Positions 54,597 through 61,382 of a DNA stretch of 61,382 nt are shown here, piece after piece. Made by a program: the position numbers and the translations under genes. The stretch spans positions 1 through 61,382 of the forward strand of contig CAZSBC010000001.1 of the NCBI GenBank assembly GCA_964605195.1, in the 5' to 3' direction. The notes below the pieces were generated by a model. It made no database searches. It had not been told where the DNA came from and saw only the letters and a list, made by a program, of their open reading frames with translations. This DNA comes from an uncultured Spirochaetales bacterium (lineage in GTDB: Bacteria > Spirochaetota > Spirochaetia > JABMQR01). Numbering within the stretch: the stretch's first letter is position 1; the number at the start of each line of letters is the position of its first letter.

Positions 54597-56468
54597 CTAT
54601 ATGTCAATTCCGGTGAACTGGCTGTTGTAGAGATCGGCATAGAACCCATCCCGCGCAAGCAGATCATCATGGGTGCCCTGTTCAACAATCCGGCCCTTGT
54701 CCATGACCAGGATGATATCGGCCTGCCTGATTGTAGATAGACGGTGGGCAATAATGAAGTTTGTCCGCCCCCTGATCAGGGCTGCCATGGCATGCTGAAT
54801 GATCAGCTCGGTTCGCGTATCAACACTGCTGGTGGCCTCATCCAGGATCAGAATTGCCGGATCGGCAAGAAATGCCCGTGCGATGGTAAGCAGCTGCCTC
54901 TGACCCTGCGAAATATTTGAAGCATCCTCATTGAGGACCGTATCATACCCGTCGGGAAGCGTACGAATGAAATGATCGGCATGCGCGGCCCTGGCAACAG
55001 CAACCACCTCCTCATTGGTTGCCGATTCCCTGCCATAGGCAATATTTTCCCGGATTGTTCCCTTGAACAGCCAGGCATCCTGGAGCACCATGCCGAAGGT
55101 ATCTCGGAGATTGCTGCGGGAAAGCTCCCTGATATCGTACCCGTCAACCATGATAGCGCCCTCCTGGATATCATAGAAGCGCATCAGGAGGTTGACGATG
55201 GTAGTCTTCCCGGCTCCGGTGGGACCGACTATCGCCGCCGACTGTCCCGGTGCTATCCGTATATTCATATCCCGGATCAGCGGTACGCCGGCAAGATAGC
55301 TGAATGAGACATTCCGGAACTCCACCACTCCAGCTACCGATTCAAGTTGATGCTGGGGGGTATCTTGCGGCTGCTCCTCCTCTGAGAGTATCTCGAAGAC
55401 CCGTTCCGCTGCCGCAATGGTCGATTGCATCAGATTGACGATACCGGCAGCCTGCTGGATCGGCCGGGAAAACTGGCGGGAGTACTGAATGAATGCCTGG
55501 ATATCACCGATGAGCATGATCTGCCGCATGACGAAGATGCCACCGACCACACTGATGATCACATAGGCCAGACTGTTTATTGCATGCATGACGGGCATGA
55601 CTATTCCTGATATGAACTGTGCTTTCCAGGCGGCAGAATAGAGGGCTTCGTTTTTCTCCTCAAAGGCCTGCAGGGCAATGGGGACAAAGTTGAAAGCCTT
55701 TACCTCCCTGTGTCCGGTGTACATCTCCTCTATATGGCCATTGAGTTCTCCGAGGATATGCTGCTGTTCGGTAAAAAACTTCTGGGAACGCTTGGCAATG
55801 GCCCGGATGGCATTGATACTGAGCGGGAGCGTGAACAGGGTGAGAAGGGTAAGGAGGGGGCTGATAGTCAGCATCATCACCACTATGCCAAGCAGTGAGA
55901 CGGCAGAAGTGATCATTTGGGTTAGGCTCTGCTGCATCGTTGTGCTGATCAGGTCGATATCATTGGTAAAACGGCTGAGAATATCACCATGGCTCCGGCT
56001 GTCCAGGAACTGCAGCGGTAGGCGCGTCAGTTTCTCCTTCACCTCCCGACGCAGTCTGTAGACGGTTTCCTGGGCAACACCAGCCATTATGTACTGTACA
56101 AGAAAGGTAAAGAGTGAACTGAACAGATAGAGGATACCAAGCAGTACCAGCAGTCGTGCTATGGCTTCGAAGTCGATTGCCGCACCTTCTGCACCCTGCA
56201 GCATAGCCATGGCGCCGCTGAAGAGTATGGTGATGGTATTGCCTACAACCTTGGGGCTCAAGATAGCGAAAACCGTACTTGCGATTGCCAGTATCAGCAC
56301 GCCAAAGAGTCTCCTGCGGACCGGGGCAAGATAGGAGAAGAGCTTCCTGACCGTTCCCCTGACATCCCTGGCCTTCTCCGGCTTCATGGTCATGGCCATG
56401 CGCATTCCACCCTTTCCACCCCGTATCCCGCGCATCTGATCCTGACGGCGTCCCATACCATTGCTCAT
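54597..56468 (-). CDS. ABC exporter half-transporter (TMD-NBD), subunit B of a heterodimer
   Basis: 623 aa. It has a Gly/Arg-rich N-terminus, six TM segments, Walker A (GPTGAGKTT), the signature ISQGQRQ and Walker B (ILILDEATS). Confidence 0.9.
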   Translation of the reverse strand: MSNGMGRRQDQMRGIRGGKGGMRMAMTMKPEKARDVRGTVRKLFSYLAPVRRRLFGVLILAIASTVFAILSPKVVGNTITILFSGAMAMLQGAEGAAIDFEAIARLLVLLGILYLFSSLFTFLVQYIMAGVAQETVYRLRREVKEKLTRLPLQFLDSRSHGDILSRFTNDIDLISTTMQQSLTQMITSAVSLLGIVVMMLTISPLLTLLTLFTLPLSINAIRAIAKRSQKFFTEQQHILGELNGHIEEMYTGHREVKAFNFVPIALQAFEEKNEALYSAAWKAQFISGIVMPVMHAINSLAYVIISVVGGIFVMRQIMLIGDIQAFIQYSRQFSRPIQQAAGIVNLMQSTIAAAERVFEILSEEEQPQDTPQHQLESVAGVVEFRNVSFSYLAGVPLIRDMNIRIAPGQSAAIVGPTGAGKTTIVNLLMRFYDIQEGAIMVDGYDIRELSRSNLRDTFGMVLQDAWLFKGTIRENIAYGRESATNEEVVAVARAAHADHFIRTLPDGYDTVLNEDASNISQGQRQLLTIARAFLADPAILILDEATSSVDTRTELIIQHAMAALIRGRTNFIIAHRLSTIRQADIILVMDKGRIVEQGTHDDLLARDGFYADLYNSQFTGIDI

Positions 56469-58192
56469 GAGATTCCCTCCACTGCCAGCTGCGACTCGGC
56501 TATCTCCCGGTAGATGGGTGAGATCTCCAGCAGTTCGCTGTGGGTTCCCTGACTCTCAATGCGCCCGTCATCGAGGACAATGATGGTATCGGCCTGCATC
56601 ACCGTGCTTACACGCTGGGAGACAACGATCACAGCAGCGTCTCCGCTCTTCTGCCTGATTCCCTGCCACAGGCGAGCTTCCGTCGCATAGTCCAACGCTG
56701 AAAAGCAGTCATCTAAGAGGTATATCTCCCGGCTGCTGTGCCAGGCTCTGGCTATTGCAAGTCGCTGTTTCTGCCCGCCAGAGACATTCGTCCCTCCCTG
56801 GGAGATCGTGGCAGCATACCCATCCGGCATCTCCTCAATAAAGCCTGCAGCCTGCGCTGTTTCTGCGGCACTCCTGATCCGAACGTCATCTGTATCTGGG
56901 GTCCCGAAGGCAATATTGTCCCGAACAGATCCGGAAAAAAGCATGGAATTCTGTGAAACGAGGCCTATCCTGGCCCGCAATTCCTCCTGGGGGCAGCTTC
57001 TGACATCCAAACCGTTGACCAGAACCGCTCCCTCTCCGGCATCATAGAAGCGGGGAATGAGGTTGATGATGGTACTCTTTCCCGATCCGGTGCCGCCGAT
57101 AATGGCAGTTACCTTCCGTTTCGCTGCTGTAAAGCTGATGCCGCACAGCGCAGGTTCCTCCGCCCCATGGTAGCTGAAGGAGACATCACGAAACTCCACG
57201 GCAGCTGCGGAACCAACCATGACGGCAGGCTTTTCTGGATCCCTGATATCTGGCTCCCTGTCGAGAAGCTCCTGTATGCGCCCGGCTGAGACCGCAGCCC
57301 GTGGGATCATGACGAACATCATGGTCATCATGATCAGGGCGAACATGATACGCATGACATACTGGATGAACGCCATGAGAGCGCCAACCTGCATGGCCCC
57401 GGCCTCTATGCGCAGACTGCCGAAGTAGATGATGGCAATGGTAGTGAAGTTGAACAGCAGCATCATGGCCGGCATCATGACGGCCATCAGCCGGTTGACC
57501 TTGACCGATACCTCCATTAGGTCCCTGTTGGCCCGTTCAAACCGTCGCTGTTCATGCCCAGTCCTGTTGAAAGCCCTGATCACACGTACTCCGATCAGGC
57601 TTTCCCGCAGCACCATGTTCAGCCGGTCAAGTCGCTGCTGATTGCTCTTGAACAGCGGGAGACCCCGCAGGGCAATCAGGGCTACAACAAGGATGACCAC
57701 CGGGATTACCACGAATAGGACCACCGACAATGGTTGATCCTTGGATACCGCCATGATGATACCACCGATGGCCATCATGGGGGCGTAGAGCATCATACGC
57801 AGCATGGTTGTCACAGCCTGCTGCACCTGGGTTATGTCATTCGTTGTCCTTGTGATCATCGAGGCTGTCCCGATCTCATCAAACTCATGGAGAGAGAATG
57901 ACTCCACCCGGTGGAATACCTTTCGGCGAACATCGCGGCTGAAAGCCGCTGCTGTTCTCCCGGAGAGGTAGCTGGCTGCAACGGCAAAGAGCGAGCCGCC
58001 AAGAGTAATAGCCAGCATCACTATTCCCCGTTGCAGAATATAGGGGATATCACCTGTTATGATGCCGATGTCGACTATATCTGACATCAGCGTGGGAAGC
58101 AGAAGTTCTGCTATTGCTCGGCCAAACATACACAGGGAGATAAGCAGGATGAACGGTGTAAAGGGGGCGAGATTTCGAAACAGTCTGAACAT
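56465..58192 (-). CDS. ABC exporter half-transporter (TMD-NBD), subunit A of a heterodimer
   Basis: It has Walker A (GGTGSGKST), the signature VSGGQKQR and Walker B (YLLDDCFSALD). ATG 58192 has a GGGGAGGG RBS. There is a 4-nt overlap with the downstream partner. Confidence 0.9.
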   Translation of the reverse strand: MFRLFRNLAPFTPFILLISLCMFGRAIAELLLPTLMSDIVDIGIITGDIPYILQRGIVMLAITLGGSLFAVAASYLSGRTAAAFSRDVRRKVFHRVESFSLHEFDEIGTASMITRTTNDITQVQQAVTTMLRMMLYAPMMAIGGIIMAVSKDQPLSVVLFVVIPVVILVVALIALRGLPLFKSNQQRLDRLNMVLRESLIGVRVIRAFNRTGHEQRRFERANRDLMEVSVKVNRLMAVMMPAMMLLFNFTTIAIIYFGSLRIEAGAMQVGALMAFIQYVMRIMFALIMMTMMFVMIPRAAVSAGRIQELLDREPDIRDPEKPAVMVGSAAAVEFRDVSFSYHGAEEPALCGISFTAAKRKVTAIIGGTGSGKSTIINLIPRFYDAGEGAVLVNGLDVRSCPQEELRARIGLVSQNSMLFSGSVRDNIAFGTPDTDDVRIRSAAETAQAAGFIEEMPDGYAATISQGGTNVSGGQKQRLAIARAWHSSREIYLLDDCFSALDYATEARLWQGIRQKSGDAAVIVVSQRVSTVMQADTIIVLDDGRIESQGTHSELLEISPIYREIAESQLAVEGIS

Positions 58193-58324
58193 GATGGCCC
58201 TCCCCGCTTCTGGTCCCTGCCGGTGCACGCTTATCACGACAGGAATCTGTTACCAGATACATGATACCATCAAACGCCTGTTTTGACGACAACCGAACTG
58301 CTGCACCAAAATACGGGAAACATC

Positions 58325-58380
58325 TTGACTCGTCCCTGGCAGATCTATACATTTAAGTATACTGAAAGGTTAAGTTTACT
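58325..58380 (+). promoter_or_regulatory. Putative promoter (TTGACT-17-TACATT) with two TTAAGT(A/T)TACT repeats; candidate MarR operator
   Basis: The hexamers are at 58325-58330 and 58348-58353. The repeats are at 58353-58363 and 58370-58380, 17 bp apart. The first contains the 8-bp palindrome AGTATACT. Confidence 0.4.
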
Positions 58381-58433
58381 TGATTTTCATACAATCAGTA
58401 ATAGCATGCAATTGAATCGTGGATAAGGATACT

Positions 58434-58916
58434 ATGGAAAACGACACATTCTCAGCCCTCCTGAAAAATTTCATTGACACAATCATCCACAGAAGCATGG
58501 GTAACCTCTACCTGTACAGTAAAATGCACCATATATCTATCAGCCAGTTCATAGTTCTCAACCGTCTCTGCAAAGGCGGACCTGCTTCGGTAGGCATACT
58601 GAGTCAGACCCTTGGGATAAGCAACTCGGCAGTCAGCCAGCTGCTGGATAAATTGGTGCAGAAGGATCTCATTGCAAGATGGGAAAACCCGGAGGACCGC
58701 CGGATACGATATCACTCGATCAGCGCAGAGGGGAGAGCACTGGTTGAAGCTTCTCGGGTTGCCCGACATGCCTGGATTGAAGAGATATATAAAGAGCTGC
58801 CAGCAGGGCAGAGAAAGCTCATTGCCGCTGCCCTGGAAATTCTCCTTGATGAAATCGAAACAGTACAGCCGATTCCGGATTGCAGGCCAAAGAGAGAAGG
58901 AACTACTCCATGCTGA
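58434..58916 (+). CDS. MarR-family transcriptional regulator
   Basis: The winged-HTH region is ISISQFIVLNRLCKGGPASVGILSQTLGISNSAVSQLLDKLVQKDLIAR..DRR. The start is ATG 58434, or alternatively GTG 58419. Confidence 0.85.
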   Translation: MENDTFSALLKNFIDTIIHRSMGNLYLYSKMHHISISQFIVLNRLCKGGPASVGILSQTLGISNSAVSQLLDKLVQKDLIARWENPEDRRIRYHSISAEGRALVEASRVARHAWIEEIYKELPAGQRKLIAAALEILLDEIETVQPIPDCRPKREGTTPC

Positions 58917-61117
58917 AGCTGGCCCGCTACTATCGCCCCTACCTTGCCGCTATTCTACTCTCTGTAGCCCTGCTCTTTGTGCAGGTCAACATGGATCTGA
59001 CCCTCCCCGACTATTTCTCCAACATCGTGAATGTCGGTCTCCAGCAGAGCGGCATAGAATCTGTAATCCCCCTGAAGCTCTGGGAGAAGACCTATACCCG
59101 GCTGACAGTACTGCTGCGTGCTGAATCAAGGGAAAAACTCTCCAGAATCTATCAGGTATCCGAATCAGATAAGGGCATCTATGCCGCAACCGATGAAGCA
59201 GCCGGGCAGGCACGCCTTGATGATCAATTCATTTCCGATATGGCAATCGGGCTTATGCTGATCTCCTACCTTGAAACGATAGCAGCCGGTGGAGAGTTAC
59301 CGGAAAACCTGCCGCTCCCACCGGAGATCGGTTCGCTGTTGGATAGCTCAGGGGGCGACCTGTTCTCGGCAATGCAGCAGATACCGGAAAGTCAGCGTGA
59401 TCTGATTGTCAGCCAGATCAGGACCTCCGTTGCCGAACAGCAGGACGCATCCCTCATCGAGCAGATGGGCATCCAGGCAGTGCGGAGTGAGTATGCTGCC
59501 CAGGGAATCAGCATTGAACAGCTGCAGAGCACCTATATTCTCAAAACAGGCGGCCTGATGCTGCTGATAACCCTGATTTCTGCACTTTGTACGATAAGTG
59601 TGGGTTTCCTGGCAGCCAGGATATCAGCCGGAGTGGCAAGGAATCTCCGTTTCGATACCTTCAGCAGGATTGAGGGATTTTCCAATGCAGAGTTTGATCA
59701 CTTCTCGACCGCTTCCCTGATTACGCGAAACACCAATGACATCACGCAGATACAGACAGTCACATTCATGCTGGTGCGAATGGTATTCATGGCTCCCATC
59801 ATGGGCATCGGTGGGTTCCTTCGGGCCATGAGCAAGGCCCCATCGATGGGCTGGATAATCGGTGTGAACGTACTGGTGCTGACGGGAATCATGAGCGTTG
59901 TGATGGCTGTTGCCCTGCCGAAGTTCAAGGCTATCCAGGGGCTAGTGGATAAAGTCAACAAGGTGGCAAGGGAGCAGCTCTCAGGGCTGCTTGTTGTGAG
60001 AGCCTTCAATAGGCAGCAGTTTGAAAAGGAGCGTTTTGAAAAGGCGAACAGGGAGCTCACCTCGACAAATCTATTCGTTAACAGGGTCATGGTCCTTCTG
60101 ATGCCGTTAGTGATGCTCATCATGAATCTGCTATCTGTAACCATTATCTGGGTAGGGGCAAACAGAATAGCGGCTTCCCAGATGCAGATAGGTGATATGA
60201 TGGCATTCCTCCAGTACGCCATGCAGATTCTGATGTCATTTCTTATGCTTACCATGGCATTCATCTTTATTCCCCGTGCTTCCGTTTCAGCCGAGAGGAT
60301 CAATGAGGTGCTCAGGACTGACAGCAGTATTCTCTCCCCCAGCAAGCCGGTTGCTGTTGAGAAGCGATTGGATGGTTCTGTTGAGTTCAGGAATGTCAGC
60401 TTCTCCTATCCCGGAGCCGGGGAGACAGCCCTGCATGATATCAGCTTCACAGCCCGGCCCGGGGAGACAACAGCCATTATCGGATCGACAGGCAGCGGGA
60501 AATCAAGTCTGGTTAACCTGATACCCCGATTCTATGATATCCAGGAGGGTGAAATCCTCCTCGGGGGTATCCCCATACGGGAGATGAATCTCAATGATCT
60601 CAGGTCAGCAATAGGGTATGTTCCCCAGAAAAACGTCCTCTTTTCCGGTACGATTGCAAGCAACCTGACATACGGAGAGAGTGAGTGCTCCCATGCTGCC
60701 ATGCTGAGAGCGGCCACTACCGCGCAGGCCATGGAATTCATCACGACAAAGGAGGAGCAGTTTAGCGCTCCGATAAGCCAAGGGGGAGCCAATGTATCCG
60801 GGGGGCAGAAGCAGCGCCTCTCCATTGCCCGGGCCCTGACGCGCGAGTATCCCGTCCTGATATTCGATGACAGCTTCTCAGCCCTTGATTTCAGAACCTC
60901 CAGCGCGCTTCGCAGGGAGCTGTCCAGGGAGCACAGGAACTCCACCCGCATCATCGTAGCTCAACGGGTCTCCTCTGTCATTCATGCCGAACAGATACTG
61001 GTCCTGATTGAGGGAGAGCTGGCGGGTGCGGGAACCCACAGCGAACTGATGGAGAGCTGTGAACCATATCGGGAAATCGTTCTTTCCCAGTTATCAATTG
61101 AGGAAGTGCAGGCATGA
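58910..61117 (+). CDS. ABC exporter half-transporter with an insertion of about 160 aa in the first extracytoplasmic loop
   Basis: It is a paralogue of the 56465-58192 product (compare LPTLMSDIVDIGI..YILQRG with LPDYFSNIVNVGL..[insert]..YILKTG). It has Walker A (GSTGSGKSS), the signature VSGGQKQR and Walker B (LIFDDSFSALD). ATG 58910 overlaps the MarR stop. Confidence 0.9.
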   Translation: MLKLARYYRPYLAAILLSVALLFVQVNMDLTLPDYFSNIVNVGLQQSGIESVIPLKLWEKTYTRLTVLLRAESREKLSRIYQVSESDKGIYAATDEAAGQARLDDQFISDMAIGLMLISYLETIAAGGELPENLPLPPEIGSLLDSSGGDLFSAMQQIPESQRDLIVSQIRTSVAEQQDASLIEQMGIQAVRSEYAAQGISIEQLQSTYILKTGGLMLLITLISALCTISVGFLAARISAGVARNLRFDTFSRIEGFSNAEFDHFSTASLITRNTNDITQIQTVTFMLVRMVFMAPIMGIGGFLRAMSKAPSMGWIIGVNVLVLTGIMSVVMAVALPKFKAIQGLVDKVNKVAREQLSGLLVVRAFNRQQFEKERFEKANRELTSTNLFVNRVMVLLMPLVMLIMNLLSVTIIWVGANRIAASQMQIGDMMAFLQYAMQILMSFLMLTMAFIFIPRASVSAERINEVLRTDSSILSPSKPVAVEKRLDGSVEFRNVSFSYPGAGETALHDISFTARPGETTAIIGSTGSGKSSLVNLIPRFYDIQEGEILLGGIPIREMNLNDLRSAIGYVPQKNVLFSGTIASNLTYGESECSHAAMLRAATTAQAMEFITTKEEQFSAPISQGGANVSGGQKQRLSIARALTREYPVLIFDDSFSALDFRTSSALRRELSREHRNSTRIIVAQRVSSVIHAEQILVLIEGELAGAGTHSELMESCEPYREIVLSQLSIEEVQA

Positions 61118-61382
61118 GTGATGCAGCAGAGATCAGGAAGGCTGGACTTAAGGATACAGGAAAGGCAGGCGGTCACGGACCGGGGGGCGGACGCGGCCCT
61201 CACGGTATGATGAAGGGTGAGACAGCTAAGGACTTCAGCAGGAGCATGAAACGGCTGCTTCACTATATGCGGCAATATCGGCTGACCATAGCCGCAGTCT
61301 TCGTGTTCGCGTCGTTCTCAACGGCATTCATGATCCTTGGCCCCAAGATCATGGGTCGTGCTACCACCAAGCTCTTTGAAGC
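61114..61382 (+). CDS. ABC exporter half-transporter, partner subunit (5' part only, truncated by the window end)
   Basis: The ATG overlaps the upstream stop (ATGA, 61114-61117). The Gly-rich N-terminus (GKAGGHGPGGGRGPHGMMKGE) parallels that of the 54597-56468 product. A first TM segment follows. Confidence 0.75.
   Translation, partial: MSDAAEIRKAGLKDTGKAGGHGPGGGRGPHGMMKGETAKDFSRSMKRLLHYMRQYRLTIAAVFVFASFSTAFMILGPKIMGRATTKLFE

Noticed and set aside
59698-60345. A 215-aa minus-strand ORF inside the ABC exporter gene
   Set aside because: It is antisense to the conserved TMD/NBD sequence and has no independent signals.
1-61382. A search for tRNA or rRNA genes, CRISPR arrays, IS elements or transposases, integrases, prophage genes, toxin-antitoxin pairs and known defence genes
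   Set aside because: None was found. All intergenic regions are shorter than 240 bp and lack cloverleaf-like or repeat-spacer structure. No ORF product shows DDE, tyrosine or serine recombinase, nuclease-helicase or other defence-type motifs.

Overview
This is a 61.4-kb, moderately GC-rich chromosomal segment with very tight gene packing. I call 57 protein-coding genes, the last one truncated by the window edge. I found no rRNA, tRNA, CRISPR array, IS element, transposase, integrase, prophage or recognisable defence genes. The gene content suggests an anaerobic, saccharolytic, diderm bacterium, possibly a spirochaete, but taxonomy cannot be verified from here. That content includes NfnAB-type ferredoxin:NADP oxidoreductase, HPr plus two EIIA(Ntr)-like proteins without PTS permeases, fused MsrB-MsrA, a hexokinase-family kinase and a beta-barrel protein ending in Phe. 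Gene order, left to right:

- **169-8038:** a rhamnose locus with a sugar-binding protein, a LytS/YesM-type kinase and an AraC-type response regulator, a stand-alone RhaE-like aldolase, rhaA, and a divergent AraC/RhaS-like regulator.
- **9563-20939:** a DeoR-headed eight-gene operon. It joins a rhamnulokinase, a SorE-like Zn-dehydrogenase, an SDR with an unknown N-terminal domain, a PHP phosphoesterase, and a fused-E1/E3/E2 2-oxoacid (acetoin-type) dehydrogenase complex.
- **21214-26433:** an acyl-CoA ligase, then LacI-fucU divergent from fucI, with a perfect LacI-type operator between them.
- **26566-34188:** msrBA, an orphan ABC ATPase, an MBL hydrolase, a VTC-domain/DUF4956 pair, and mtaD-mtnA plus a methionine gamma-lyase-like gene.
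- **34595-38738:** a bioY ECF transporter, then a CPA2 antiporter translationally coupled to an EIIA-PII-like fusion protein.
- **38757-53754:** an acyltransferase, 5-formyl-THF cyclo-ligase, nfnAB plus EIIA, an HPr-cupin-LOG-rpiB group, cdd, a phosphohexomutase, an APH-like kinase, a hexokinase-family gene, sbcB and kbl-tdh.
- **54002-61382:** an XRE-cupin regulator and two paralogous heterodimeric ABC exporter pairs flanking a MarR gene.

The strongest candidate for something undescribed is the DeoR operon. It may encode a 6-deoxyhexose route ending in an acetoin-dehydrogenase-like C-C cleavage. Other observations worth a second look:

- A recurring TGCTATNNT extended -10 element lies 5-9 nt upstream of ATG codons that lack a Shine-Dalgarno sequence, which suggests leaderless mRNAs.
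- A perfect 16-bp palindrome sits between nfnAB and HPr.
- The EIIA-PII fusion is coupled to a cation antiporter.
- Many convergent gene pairs abut or overlap with no room for a terminator.

All function calls rest on motif recognition by eye. No database search was possible.
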